A stretch of DNA of 63,534 nt, the filler included, from Trichosphaerium sp. ATCC 40318 (Eukaryota; Protista; Tubulinea): NCBI GenBank assembly GCA_038496445.1. It is 4 parts of 4 records of this genome, joined end to end, with 100 filler letters (N's around TTAATTAATTAA, not from the genome) between each part and the next. Parts side by side here need not be neighbours in the genome. Positions count along the whole stretch, not along the records: positions 1 to 20,132 come from JALMLS010000567.1; positions 20,233 to 41,518 come from JALMLS010000171.1; 2 more parts are not named here. The stretch is one strand, 5' to 3'. Position 1 is the stretch's first letter. Each line of letters opens with the position of its first letter. The translations under genes were made by a program, and so were the position numbers. Under the pieces are notes generated by a model. It did not search any database. It was given only the letters and a program-made list of their open reading frames with translations, and had not been told where the DNA came from. Positions 12,781-26,136 of this stretch are shown here, piece by piece.

Positions 12781-12949
12781 AAGGTCAGCTATCGTTTTTT
12801 ACTATTGACCAAGGTTGAGAACTTTTCATGTTCCGACATTTTAATGGTCTATTGCGGAAGGGTAGCGACATTAGTGTTACTAGTCATGTCGACAATAGAT
12901 TTCCGTCAGGAAAACAAGCAAAACAACCATTGGTGGTATTAGTTTCTCC

Positions 12950-13345
12950 GATAAAAAGTACGTATGGCCGATTTGGACGATTTTCAAAGAGTCATGAAAC
13001 CTTGGCGGAAACGCCGTTACAGATCCATGCGTTACGTTCTCGGTTTGCACGTATATATTGAATACACCCAGATCGCCACCACTTGGGCTACATGTTCCAG
13101 CAATGGCACCTGGTAAATTTGGAAAGAAAGGGTGAAGGTGAAGGAATGAAACAAAAGTGTATCCTTATCTGCGCTTACAGCACTGATGTTGGAGAAACGC
13201 TGGCATCAGGTCCTAGTTGTACATAAAAGCGCCAATCATTCCCCTAAACATTACGTAAGTTAGATCTAATATGTCAACCAGACTTTCTCTTTCGAAACTG
13301 TTACAGAGCACGTGCTGCGTCAAATTGTGCTACGTTTTCCAAACA
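12950..13345 (-). pseudogene. Inverted 3' fragment of the JAB-like gene (paralog of 8060-8438)
   Basis: Reverse complement closely matches 8060-8370 and translates GNDWRFYVQLGPD...FLHLHPFFPNLPGAIAGTCSPSGGDL. Confidence 0.65.
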
Positions 13346-13382
13346 CTGTATTTACGTTTTTACAATTGATGCAATTTATTGT

Positions 13383-15243
13383 TTATATGATAAGGCAGAC
13401 TAACAAGTATCCACAAAGCAGACCAATGCTACTTTCTAATACAACTGCACTAGATATTTGAGTACTATTGTACGGAGGTGTGAATGAATCAGGGCTACTG
13501 GTTGTTGGCTCTTCGATAGGAACACCTGCTTGAGCAGGTGAGTTCGAACTACTGGGTCCTGCAGTTGACGGAGTATGTATTGGATTTGGTGATGGCGTAG
13601 TCACTGGATTAGCAATAGATGTTTTCGTTGGCGGTCGTGTAGAAGGGGGAATTGTAGTGGGTGGATCTGATGGTGGCGCTGTGGGTGGAGGTGGGCATAA
13701 GTAAGTTTCATCCGCAAAAAAAATTGACACAGTCGTTGATCCTTGGGTTACAACCTTATTTATTATTAGAATTAATATGAGTATGGATAACACGTACCAC
13801 ACCTAAACCGCATCTAGTTCCACTCTCGGCTATCCAAGCTACGTCCTGAGTTACAGGTTGATAAGGTTCATTTGGTAAGATGTTTGTAATGTGATTGTTT
13901 TCACTTGTGATGGAGAACAGAAGTGTCTGTCTACGCCCACTTGTTCTTATTACAGATGCTAAAAATGCTTTACTATCATTTGCAGCCGGAGCTATGACTA
14001 CGTTGTTAGATTTTGAATCAATTTCTATGTTTGTTGCAATAACATCTTCGTGAACTTTTTTAGGGACTTGTCGCGAATCAAAACAGTCTAGCGTAAGCTG
14101 TGTCAGTCGCACTGTATCTAAAAATAAATATGACAACACAGCAGCTTGTTTTGAAACAGGGTCATAAGCGACATCACGAAAGAAGTGAGTTGTGACACCT
14201 CTATTAGATGTAAGGTCCATCATCTAATCACGTGTAAACAAACGAGCTTTTTTGTTATTTACCTCTGTGTATGGAGAAGTGATCGTCCTTGTTTCGATGT
14301 TACTACCCCTGTGAAATAGGAAAAGAAAGCACTCATCCATAGCAACAGCTGTTGTGTCTCTGACTGGTAAAGTCATGGAGGGAATAACTAAGTGTTCATT
14401 AGTTCAAAGTACCTTAGTCAGTTGTTGTAATGTACAGTTAGTGTTCAGTTTTTTAACTTGCTTGTCCGCATTTACAAAAATAGGAAAATATGATTCTCTC
14501 ACAATCAAGTAAGTACTCGTAGCTAAAGCACACGTGTTTAGTACTAATAACTTAACAAGTTAAGTCACGTACGTCTTGCAAATGTGAAGCCGAGCTGTGC
14601 ATCATACACTGTTGTCCCAGTATGTAGTTCAAGAGGATCCGACACCGTCAAATCCTATGTAAAATTAACACTATGGAAGCTCTTCAGCACGTACTCCTCC
14701 AGTATAGCTAACAAAGCGGAGAAACATTGTATACCTTGAAGTTGCAACTGTATCTCGACTCAAAATCGCAAATTCATCCTTGCCATAAATAACTTGTACA
14801 AAAGCTGATCTCGCTGTTATTCTAACCACACTTGCTGTTCCACCAGATATTTCTACAAATTACTTGTTTATTAATAGCGCAAAGAGCGAGAAAAAAGCAG
14901 CAAATAAAACACGTGTTCTTGCCTTGTCTTGTTCCCATCATTACAGCGAACCCAGAAATTGCCAGGGATCCATCTACAGTACTAGCGATACGCACTGCTA
15001 TGCATACAACATCCCCTTTACCTGTTACTGAACCAGTTGCGATAACTGGATCACGTATGTCTTGATCAGTATCCTCAAGCACACTTTCAAAGCCTAGAGC
15101 ACGCAAATCACCCCACTCATTCAACTCCAAACCAGATGCTACTGCGTACATTTATTAGCTGGCTATACCGTATTTATAGTTGAAGGTAACATACTTCTAA
15201 ATGACAGCAATACAACAACAAACACAAGGTGCTTAGTGTTCAT
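13383..15243 (-). CDS. Secreted or GPI-type surface protein with P/T/S-rich stalk
   Basis: Signal peptide MNTKHLVFVVVLLSFR; multi-exon; stalk CPPPPTAPPSDPPTTIPP; hydrophobic C-terminus LLCGYLLVCLII*. Confidence 0.65.
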
Positions 15244-15279
15244 TATGATCGATACTGGGTGCGAAAAAATCAGTATGTT

Positions 15280-15480
15280 TAAGTGCACATTGCTTCGCGT
15301 GCTGTTGTTTTCCACTGTGTACAAGAGTCCCTGCCTAGTACTAGGTAAAACAGTGTATACGCTTGAGATACATGATAGAGCAACTTGTTGCTAATGGAGA
15401 AATTATAACGCCGAATGTCCGGCAGCTATACCACAGTGGGTCACTCTCGCTATGTTGGTTTTGGATTTCAATGTTGAAAG
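15280..15480. repeat. Dispersed non-coding repeat, copy 2
   Basis: Similar to 3680-3830. Confidence 0.6.
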
Positions 15481-15689
15481 TTGCCTGCAAAACGGTAAAC
15501 GCAAGGTATCTATTTTAAGAGAGCAACGTGGTATAAGTATAATATTTGAACTAGCATTCAAATACTCGTATGCACTTGAAAATTTGACAAGCAACTCAAC
15601 AGCATAAATTGTAAATGTTGTATTTTAATTGTTGTGTACAAGGAAAAATAATTGAACTTCCTTTTCTTTTTAGAATTAAGGGTGTTGGA

Positions 15690-16517
15690 TTATTTAAGCC
15701 ACTTTATACCCAGCGCCTCAACTGCTTCTCTTGTGATATGACAGCTTTTACTGGTTGTAACGGATCTAAGAGATTTCATGTGTTTTAAACATGAGTTTGT
15801 GATATTTCTGGAATGCACTATATTAAGACGCTCTAGATTAACCAAATGCTGTAAACCTCCATCTGTTATGGTGTCACAAAAACAAAGTGTTAGATGTTTG
15901 ACATTACTCAAGGCTTTAATTCCATCATCAGTAGTCACTTGTCCTTCATAAATATCAACAGTATGAACATTAATAAGATGTTCGAGCCATGAGTCTTGTG
16001 GATTACTAAGAACGATTTTGTGAACATTCTTAAGTGCTTCTACTCCTTCAACAGTAATGTTTGGACAACGAAAAACGTCAATAGTATGTACACCAGCACC
16101 AAGAGCTTTTAAAGAAATATCTGTTACAGTTGTATTTGACAGGTTTATCGTATGAACTTGATTTGTTTGCAAAGCAAGTATAGCTTTATCACTTACTTTG
16201 GCTTGTCGTAGATCTATTTTGCGAACACCGTACAGGCAAGCCATGTTGCCAGCAGATATTTCCAAATAACTACAATCAATTAAAGTGTTTTTAAGCAACG
16301 GACTGCTCCTGAGAACGCAACAATCTGATGCTTGTTTCAAAAAAATGCGATCAAACCCAATATTGTTCCGAATGATGTCGTTAAACAAGTGAGATACTGC
16401 AGACGCTCTAATACGCTCTTTCCTTTGTAAATACCGCAAAATAAGCGTTAATACCTCTGGTGGTATCCATTGGAGACCCAGGATTTGTTTTATTGATGAT
16501 AGCTGTTTAGATGACAT
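15690..16517 (-). CDS. F-box + LRR protein, intronless; paralog of 11938-12780
   Basis: MSSK...IPPEVLTLILRYLQRKERIRASAVSHLF plus LRRs; colinear with the 11938 ORF. Confidence 0.85.
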   Translation of the reverse strand: MSSKQLSSIKQILGLQWIPPEVLTLILRYLQRKERIRASAVSHLFNDIIRNNIGFDRIFLKQASDCCVLRSSPLLKNTLIDCSYLEISAGNMACLYGVRKIDLRQAKVSDKAILALQTNQVHTINLSNTTVTDISLKALGAGVHTIDVFRCPNITVEGVEALKNVHKIVLSNPQDSWLEHLINVHTVDIYEGQVTTDDGIKALSNVKHLTLCFCDTITDGGLQHLVNLERLNIVHSRNITNSCLKHMKSLRSVTTSKSCHITREAVEALGIKWLK

Positions 16518-17176
16518 TGTACATGTAACGTACTTGCTTACGCCGGTCAGTTGTAATCAAACGGTTAAAAACGTTTTGTTTAGCCTCATGTATTTCTCAT
16601 TGAACTTTCTTACAGAAAAATGAGACGAATGTCCAGAGTTATAGGTTTTGTGGTTTATTTTATCACGTGATATTTTCGGTTTTTGAAACGATGGATTTTT
16701 ACATTTCGGCAGGTTCCTGAATAGGAACCATCTTTATTTTTTGCTATAATCACCTAAGCAAGCTTTTCACTAGGTTGTCGCTCGCCGATATGAGAAAAAG
16801 ACTCCTACATTATTCCTTGCAGCATCTTTTCATAGACAACATTTACATGAATGCTACTGCATAGATTTTAAGATTTGCTCTTATTGGTGTTTATAAAGGT
16901 ACTAATACGTGCTGTGCGTATTGCGAATCAAACTCCTTTGCGTAATCATAAAAAATCCCGAAAAATTCCTATTACGAGTTAAGTTTAAAGAAGGAGACAC
17001 GCTAAAACAAGACCAAAGATCAAGTTCCTGTGTTAAATAACACTTGACAAAAAGTTCACAAATAACTGACTTTGTTGCCTTAAGATTAACGACAAAGTGA
17101 ACAACACTTGATCAATTAAAAAGCATACTAGCGTTGTTAAAATTAAAGGCTATACTACTGTAGCTGATCAAAACCC

Positions 17177-19059
17177 ATGATGACCTCTACACTAATTGCC
17201 TTTGTATTTATTTGTTTGATCCTACCTGGTTTATGCACGTACCTCACATCATTGACATTCTTTCTTGGTGTATTTGAAAGCTGTTATTTTTGATTTAATT
17301 CCGTCTAAACAAAAACTAAATTATCACCAAGGTCGTCCTTCAGGAATGTCTGTATTGTTTAATGGTAGAGCAGATGAATCTATAAATAATGGTGGGATAC
17401 GCATTAACAATGAAAACTTTCGTGATTACGACGAGATATCTGTTGGGGCATGGGTGAAGCTTAACGACACTGACAAGTAAGCTGCTAGATTTACTTTTGT
17501 TTTTGGTATTCAGCTGTGGTTAAAATGGTACTGACCTATCATAAGGGAATGTGACGACAATAATTATTGTCGTCTCTTTATGGTATTCGCTAATTCTCCT
17601 CCTGGACTTGAAATACCTTGGGGCTTTTTCTTCGGTGTTGGTGATTACGACAAGAGCCTTTCAAAGAGGCAACTAACGTTTGAGAGAGGGCCTAGGGGAC
17701 CTTGTTTTACGAAAATACCCATCCATTTTTTGCCCAATGCACACCCAGCTGTAAAGAGTGGAAACTGGGTAACACATGAATGGCTTTAACAAATATCACT
17801 TATTGTTTTTTTTAGAGTTTTGTTTTCTTCTCTTACCGGGTAAGTGACAACTCGGTAACTTTGGAAACTATCGATGGTGATCAGTCACACCATCTACAAA
17901 GCGGAGTAAGTTGTCCAATACAGAGCTCCGAGCAGGTACAATTCCAAATTACTACCCAATAACTAACTTTGGCAGAATTTTTTTAGCATTGGATACTCGT
18001 ATCCATCAAACGACGAAGAAATTGCTCAATATGGATTCCGAGTAAGTTTCATAATACCGCAACACCTTCAATAATGTCTATCAAGGGCGAAATTGATGAA
18101 TACACAATATGGAACAGGTGATGGCGAAGAATCTCTTCTAGTTTTTTTTTCTTATTTTCAGCTAGGACGTTAAGCCGAGCTGAAGTAGCTCAACTTGCAA
18201 ACAATGTTGACGTCAATGATCCAAGCTTACTTTACTACTTTAATTTCGAAAACACTTTTGATCCAGTTGTGAAAGCCAAGGATGTTACAGTAGATCTTAT
18301 AGGGACACGACCTCCTCAATTGTTGTTGGATGGGTAAGGAATACAAACAAGAAAAAGCAATACTAACATATTTTGTAACAAGGCGAATAATTGAGCCATT
18401 ACCGATAGCACCACAAACAAATGCGCCATCTTCTTCTATTGTGATTGTTACAGAATTACCTGACATTGCCTTGATAGATACAAACGTTATCTTTTCGGGT
18501 GACTATACTCTTCAAAGCAATCAAACACTTCGATTTAGCAACGATGGTAGCTTAAACATTACAGGTACTTGTAACTAATCCAACATCAACCTTTAATACT
18601 GTGTCAGGATGTTTTAATCCATCAGGGAAGCTCATTATTGTTACTGATGATACAAATGATAGTGAAAGAACTTTGTTGACGTTTAACTGTATGAATGATA
18701 CCGAACGTTTCTCAGAGATACAAGTTATACACTCTGATAACTGCAAGAAAGCAGAGTTTGAAGAACAATGGAAACAATCTCAATTTTCAGTTGCTTTAAC
18801 AATCAAAGACACATGTCTCAAGTGGTGGGCATATTTGCTAATCGCTATTGTCATTATCATCGTTATAGCTGTTGCCGTTATAGCAATACTCGTGTATTAT
18901 GTACCAGTACGTTCTTGTCGATTTTGTGAGAATATTTTAAGATATTTATCACTATCATGATTTTGATGTTGTATGTAGAGTGTAAAAGATGTAGTACAAC
19001 CATTTAACTCTGACAAGCGACGTAGAACTTTGGAATTAAGATCAACAATAGAAAAGTAG
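17177..19059 (+). CDS. Type-I membrane protein with LamG/concanavalin-like domain
   Basis: Signal peptide MMTSTLIAFVFICLILPGLC; ISVGAWVK and GEIDEYTIWN..LSRAEVAQL LamG-like motifs; TM helix WWAYLLIAIVIIIVIAVAVIAILVYY. Confidence 0.7.
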
Positions 19060-19375
19060 TTATTGGAAATGAATAAAGTTTGTTTTGTAACTCTTTTTGT
19101 GTATTTTGAATTTTGCCCTACGATTGTTCAAATATTTGTTCTAAATTATTCGATTTTTATTAGATTCAAGTATTGGTGGTAGGTAGGAACAGATATTGAG
19201 GTTTGAACCCCAACGGGAGATGGCGGTAACAATAGGGATGTTGTTTTAATTTCAAAGATGAGCTTACACATTATCCTTAGCTGTATCTTTTCCTTAAAGG
19301 TGGGTATGTCTTACCAAAACAAATAAGAGCCAGTTTTGTAAGCTACAAAATACGTAATAAGAATACCAACAATAT

Positions 19376-20132
19376 TTATTGGAGAAAACAGAACAAACCA
19401 AGAAGAATTAACATATTGAACAGTATGTAGAGTTTTGTTGTTGTAGAACTTGATGTTACTGACACGAATGTTGGGGTTGTTGTAGGGTTTGAAGGCTGTG
19501 TTGGTATTCCAGCTGTAGGTGTTATAGTAATTGGCGGCAGGGTTGTTGGTGCCTCTGTGGTAGGTGACGCCGTTGTTGGAGAAAGTGTAGTTGGGGGTAA
19601 TGTCGTTGGAGGTAGAGTTGTTGTAGGAAGTGTAGTTGGGGGTAATGTCGTTGGAGGCAAAGTTGTTGTAGGAAGTGCAGTTGGGGATAATGTCGTTGGA
19701 GGCAAAGTTGTTGTAGGAAGTGTAGTTGGGGGTAATGTCGTTGGAGGTAGAGTTGTTGTAGGAAGTGTAGTTGGGGGTAATGTAGTTGGAGGTAGAGTTG
19801 TAGGAAGTGCAGTTGGGGGTAATGTCGTTGGAGGCAAAGTTGTAGGTGGTGGAGGAGGGTTGTATTTGAAAGAAGAGATTCCCAAACTGACACCAACATT
19901 CACATCTGTTTTTATAAGAGAAAGAGTTGTTGCATTGATGTGTATTAAGTTGCCATTTCTACAAGACCCAACAAGAACTTCACTCGATATTGCAGTCAGA
20001 CCTGTGCGCATTTGTCAGTTTGAGAAGTAAAATAATGAGTGAATGATTAATGGACATACCAGCAATGTCACAAAGGCCTCCAGCTGTTATGTTTGGAGCA
20101 CATGATCCCTCCATAAAATAAACGATTTACTT
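19376..20132 (-). CDS. 3' part of a PTTLP mucin-like surface protein, paralog of 3982-6867; truncated by contig end
   Basis: VLVGSCRNGNLIHINATTLS...KYNPPPPPTTLPP; C-terminus identical to the 3982 gene. Confidence 0.8.
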
Positions 20133-20232
20133 NNNNNNNNNNNNNNNNNNNNNNNNNNNNNNNNNNNNNNNNNNNNTTAATTAATTAANNNNNNNNNNNN
20201 NNNNNNNNNNNNNNNNNNNNNNNNNNNNNNNN
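20133..20232. other. Artificial contig spacer
   Basis: N44-TTAATTAATTAA-N44, a six-frame stop linker. Confidence 0.97.
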
Positions 20233-20536
20233 AAAATGACATTCGAAAGTCACATTAAAGTCAAACATCTTGTGTTAACGTAATGACCTATCATGCTTGT
20301 ATAATATGATGGTATAAATACGTGGTTTATCTAAATCCGAAATCATAAGAACAAACCGTCAACATGTTAACCTGTTTTCAAACCACATGTACCTTGTTGT
20401 TGATTTTTGTAAAGTTCGAAAAAATTCAGATAAGACAATACAACCAGAAAACAGAAGTTATCGCTTGGTAGCATGTTTTGCAAACCAAAACATCACTGGT
20501 TCGGCTTCCACGTATGTAAATAGCTATCACAAGCAT

Positions 20537-20772
20537 TTGTGAGCATTTTGAAATGTGCGTTATCTATATTTGAGTATTTTAAGTGGATAATTCAGTGAAG
20601 TGTATGAACGTAGACTGAAAACGGAAGATATCGGTTAGTGTCACGTTTTTTGAACAAAAACATCGCTGCTAAGGTTTCTATGTATGTGAATAATTACCAC
20701 GCGCCTTTGAGAGCGCTTTGAAATGTGCATTATCCATATTTGAGTAATTGCAATAGAATTTTCAGTGAAGTG
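20537..20772. repeat. Imperfect ~65-bp direct repeat, 2 copies
   Basis: TTTGAAATGTGC.TTATC.ATATTTGAGTA...TTCAGTGAAGTG at ~20537-20603 and ~20706-20772. Confidence 0.7.
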
Positions 20773-21527
20773 CGCTCTGTATCCCACAATTTATTTCTGG
20801 GAAGAATTACGCTCTATAAAACAAAACAAATTGCAACTTCTAGTAGCCTGCGATTCATCACGTATAGAGCCTGTTACTATTAATTCAAGAGCAGGCAGGA
20901 CACTTCCAGCAGCTTCGGTTTGATGCCCGAGGCAGCCCTCATAGCAGCTGTTACCTTCGTTACGGTACTTGATCTGGTCATCTAAAAGTAATTCCAGATA
21001 CAGCACTTTCTAGTAGTAGAAAGAAAAGCATGAGACGCCTAGTTAGTATGGACTCTCGTAACAAAGGGGTACACTTGCACCGTGCTAATGACTTTTTTTT
21101 GAAACTTGTAGAAAATGTAATTCTTGTGTCAGTTAGCATATTGTAGTAAACGGTAGCGAAAACCAGCGTCAGTGCTAAAAAGCATGTTACAAAAAAAACT
21201 GGAATACAATTTTAACGGTCAAATAGTTTTACTACCATGGCGTTCAAGCCTTTTACTTTTTATTACGAAGTCCTTAGCCTTTATGTTTGTTGTTTTTGTT
21301 TCTCTTTGGAGAGCTAAAGTTCTCGCTCTTTTTCCAGTTCCCTTCCTTCTTAACATTACTTTCTTCTTCGCGATAACGTTTCATCCATTGTATGGATTGT
21401 TTTCGATCGGCTTCTAGGATCTCCAGCATGAACGAAGACTCAACAACAACTCCAAGAGTGAACGTAAAGTGACCTTCCCTCCTGAAGAAAAAAGGCATTA
21501 TATTTGGATCACGTCCTGAGTGTTTGA

Positions 21528-21974
21528 TTACGACTTTTCAAGCTTTAGCAATGCCTTGAACATATGTTGAATTTCTACATCCTGCTTGAACAATGCGATT
21601 CTACCAATACCAAGCATAGACTCGAAATCAGAAACCAAGAAATCGCCTTTTTTAGTAAGCGTAGGAGCTTTTGACAAGGCACGGGCCTGAGGTAAAAAAC
21701 ACCATTTGTTGTAAGAAGCTGTCAGCTCAGTTTCATCATCTGAAACTTCAATCTGTATATCCAAGTATCACCTAGTTTTACGCCTATAGAAAGGTTTAAG
21801 CCACGTACGATTATAGAGCACAGCAGGTACAATGGCATTTAGTCTGAAGCCGTTGACATCTAGGAATTGCGGTAACTGCCAATAGAACCAGCAGTCATCG
21901 CTGGTAGGTATCGTTAACATCAGCCTGGTGATAAATATTCGATGAACTATGGAGGTACTTGAGAAATTGAACAA
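21528..21974 (-). pseudogene. Unknown coding remnant with an in-frame TGA
   Basis: ORFs 21768-21974 and 21528-21764 are in the same frame, separated by one TGA. Confidence 0.3.
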
Positions 21975-22273
21975 ATAAGTAAGTGTCCTAAAATAGAATT
22001 ATCGGCATATTCGTTCTTCTAGCAAAAAAGAAAAGTTTGTACGTACTCACAGGCCAGCAATGAGCAGGTATGGTTGTGTCACCGGTACCCCAGATTCGAG
22101 CACGAATACCTACATTGCAGTGATTAGCTAGCGTTCTCGCAGTAGAGCAACAAAGTTCTTAGGGTCATGCCTAGAGATGGGTTCTCTTCTAATCTGTTCT
22201 TGTTGTATTTGTCGGATTAATACTAGTAGCTTTGAACAATGCAATTTTGTTTGGTATTGAAATTGCTGCTTTG

Positions 22274-22994
22274 TTAGAAAATTAATACACGTGCTCTGTA
22301 CATTAAAGAAGATAACATATATTTCCTCCCCATTTTATAAATACCCTTTTCACATTGAAGACCATCATGGTTCCATGATATGAACTGCCCATGCCTCATG
22401 CCATCTACGTAATAGTACAATTCAGATAATTGTACCATTGTCATACCACTTCTTGTGCTCTCCTTCAAGTGAATCATCAATGTAGTAACACAATATGCTC
22501 AACTTGCCATTAAAATACCACCTCTTACACTCTCCTTCCCGTTTGCCATTGATGTAAGTCCACTGAGACCTCAACTGACCATTATCATACCAATCTTTGT
22601 AAACTCCTTCCCGCTGATTATTAAGATAGTAGCACAGCTGCTTCAATTGGCCATTATCATACCATATCTTGCTCTCTCCTTCTTGGTTACCATGTACAAA
22701 AGTGGTTAGTTCAGCCAATTGCCCATTTATGTACGTTATGTACCCTCCATGAAGTCTACCATGTTCCCAATGTGAAATAAAGAATCTGTTGTACTTTCTT
22801 CTTTTTGTCTTCAATTTACCATGTTTATTTAACTCACTATCAAATCTTGTTGTAAATGCTGAACGTTTACACAATAGTGGCCACTTTATAAATATTTCCA
22901 AGTCTAGATCCATAGTATCAAGTTGTATCTCCATAGGAAGATGTAAAACGTTAAAACAGCTATACACATCTATCATCGATCTGTTTTGTTCCAT
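22274..22994 (-). pseudogene. F-box-like + MORN-variant repeat gene with a frameshift near 22430
   Basis: VLHLPMEIQLDTMDLDLEIFIKWPLLCKR plus EG..K.WYDNGQL repeats; the last repeats continue in another frame. Confidence 0.75.
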
Positions 22995-23308
22995 TGAACA
23001 GGCGTATCAAAAATTAGAGAGCTGTTTGGTAGTCCACACAGTATCGCTTTTTTTGAAACTAAGTAACAAAGCAATTAAGTCAACAAAGTTCTACACTAAC
23101 TGTATTGTACTGAACGACCAATTTAAGACAAGCATATACATCGATGATAACCAAGGGTTTACACTGGAGTTGCACCTGCCGCTCTCAATGTAGTACCTTA
23201 TAAAGCTCAAAGTGTAGTAGCACCTATTTTCAACCCTGGAGAAATGAATTCAATTTAACTGAATGCTACTAAAAGTAACTCCTGATTAGTAGCAAGTAAG
23301 TGACTTTT

Positions 23309-24503
23309 TCATCTTAACCCATGAAGATGCACTAATAGGATAGCTTCGGTAGATTGGGGTAAAAAACGATAACCTAAACGTTCCAACCTTTCTTGTATGT
23401 TCCTATTTTATTACTATAGCTATGTTTGCTACACTATGATACAACTCTCTAAGAAAACAGCGTTGTTGCCTTTATCTACTGATACTTTTACGCGAATGCT
23501 TCTCGTGCTTCCGTTAGGCAATTCCGCCGTTAGAACCAAAAAGAACCCTTTATCCGTTGATCCTTGCTTCTTTAAACCGGGTTGATGCTCCCCAGGTTTA
23601 ACATCATGAAAAATCTTTGTTTTAGGTCCTAGCTTGCGTAATCGCTCCATTTGATCAACACTACACCTGTAGTAGTTTATCATATTTGCTGTTCCATTAA
23701 TAACGTCCTCTCCCCTTGTATACTTATCTTCTCGTCCTAGCTACGGATTAAATAGGAACTAAACGAAGATCTGGACACCTCAAAAGAAATGTAGAGTTGA
23801 GAAAAAGACAAGAAATCCTGTTCTTCTAGAGCGCGTAGCCAGAGTTCCAAAAAAAAACCGAAAAAAAGACAAAAACGACATACCTTGCACTATGCACTGA
23901 ACCATGTCGTGTGCGCAGTTTCCAATAAGAATAAACGCCTGTGGGGGAGTATACGTACTCCCAATCTTATCCTTACGTGCGTTTACGTAGAGTTTGCCTG
24001 TAATCCCTTTATCCTTGTTATTTCGTGGTAGTAAGTCCAGTTCGAAGCTAGCACGATGATCATCTGGCAGCGTAGCAACTTTAACCCTCGCCTCGCCTAA
24101 GAAATCTTTCCCTTTGTAAACCGGATCTCTGTCATATACAGTAAATATAAGCTCTTCTCTGGCACCTACAGTAACCGGCCAGTGCTCTTGCCAAACAGGG
24201 GACAACGTCTTCTTTTCAACCTGAAAAAACGAAACAAAATTAACCAATTTAACTACCAACAACCCCTCATCAACGTTAATAGTTGGATGAAGGCACTAGC
24301 GAAGGAAATAAAAAAAAAATCTTTAAACCGGCTGAGACTGTAAGAAAACAACTACTTTGTATTCTACTACGCACCTTTGTTTGGAATTTAACCTTATCAT
24401 TTCCTCTTAACGTACATTTTACAAAAGGATCTGAAGTACCATTTCTATCCATTGCCTTTAAGCCATTGGCTTTAAATATCATTACGCTAGCTACATACGC
24501 CAT
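23309..24503 (-). CDS. C2-domain protein
   Basis: KANGLKAMDRNGTSDPFVK...KKTLSPVWQE...FTVYDRD...DFLGEA, with Ca-binding aspartates present; 3' end uncertain. Confidence 0.8.
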
Positions 24504-25229
24504 TATTGTTGTAATGAATCACGTGCGTTCCTTTTTAGTCATGCCTTAACATACTTGTTAAGCTATCCAAAATACACGTGATATTTTACAAGGCGTTATT
24601 CTTCCAACACGGTATTGGCACTCAAAAACTCAGAAATCGGTTTTCTGGTCTTGCTCCAAAACTGAAGTGACTCATGTTTCGCTACTGTTTACAATGTGAC
24701 CTACACTACCCTGCCATATAACATGAGTATACTGTTTACATCACAATCATCACGCTCAACGCTGTGTTACAGTAGATGATGTACCATGCATGGAAGATCC
24801 CAAGTGGACAAGCTTCAGATACACAGGCATAGACTTGTCGCCATTCATTGATGGTAAAACACCATAATTGGGTACTTCAAACTGTGCTGCATCCATAAAT
24901 GGGTGTACCAATATCATCAGTGCTACTATAAAGTCAAAGTTGCTTCTCTTCTGCAGAGAGTGTAAGAATGTATCTCTTTGTGTTTATTGGCTTCTAAGTC
25001 CGATTTTGTAGCAACTAAAGTGTATTTGTTACTGTTAGTTGTTGGTGAACGTATGCTAAGTGACACTTTTTTACAACAAATCTATTTGTATTTGAGTCTA
25101 GTTTTCAATTCAAATATGCCAATAAGTATTGTTTTGCATAATCAAACGTCAGCCCTGATAATTATACGTTTATAAGGGTATTCAAGATAATTTTATTAAC
25201 ATACAAGTAAAGTCATGTAGTAGCAAGGC

Positions 25230-25981
25230 TTAGTTAACCCTCATCTGTTATTCTATTGCATTCTATCAAGTAGATGTACACTTCCCAATGCCTTCAAACC
25301 TTCGTCTGACACACTTGTACGTGTTAAATCAAGTTGTATGTACACCTACTAATGCTTTTGCACCTTCATCTGTCACATTGGCACACACCAAAGAGATCAT
25401 GTGTACACCTGCCAACGCCTTAATACCCGAATCCGTTATTGATTTACAATTAAACAATTTGATAGTGTGTACACCTGTTAATGCTGACAAACCGTCATCT
25501 GTTATGTTATGACAACCTGAAAAAGCGATTGTGTGTATCTCTTGCCAATGCCTTGATACCTGAATCTGTTATGTTATTGCATTGCGACAAGTCGATACTG
25601 TGTACACCAGCCAAAGCTTTCAAACCTTCATCTGTTATGTGAAAGCAACTCATCAAGTTGATAGTGTACACCAGCCAAAGCTATCAAACCTTCGTCTGTT
25701 ACTCTAGTGCCTCCTAATTTGATATTGTGTACACCGCCTAATGCTTTGATTCCATCGTCTGTTATTCTCTGACAACAAAAAAGATCAATTGAGCGCACTC
25801 CTGAAAGCAGATGTAAAGAATCATCGAAGACTGTATTGCTGATATGTACCACAACAATATTAAATTGCATGTCATATGATAAGATAAAGGTGGTAGGCAA
25901 CATGTCACCTGCATGACCACTCAAGAATTGGAAATTAGCCTGGACATCCTCCAATAGATATTGAATACTTTGAATCAACAA
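25230..25981 (-). pseudogene. LRR (F-box/LRR family) pseudogene
   Basis: GVRSIDLFCCQRITDDGIKALGGVHNIKL repeats that continue across several frameshifts. Confidence 0.7.
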
Positions 25982-26136
25982 TTTGTATTCTCCAAAAATA
26001 CAAGGTTTCCTTCAGGTTATAAGTCGAAGTTTCAAACATGAGAAAAGTACTGACCGTTTGCCTATTTCAAAGAACGAACAGTCGCGCCAACCGCTTTTCG
26101 TGTACGAACCGCTTCCACTAACCACTCCAGAACAGT

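Noticed and set aside
10577-16517. Integrated giant-virus genome segment
   Set aside because: No capsid, polymerase or packaging ATPase genes; interleaved with intron-rich host genes.
20133-20232. TTAATTAATTAA palindrome within N runs (three occurrences)
   Set aside because: Identical 100-nt construct each time; an assembly linker, so adjacency across it is meaningless.
21765-21770. In-frame TGA suggesting a variant code or selenocysteine
   Set aside because: Conserved genes use TGG for Trp and normal stops; no SECIS or selenoprotein context seen; pseudogenisation is simpler.
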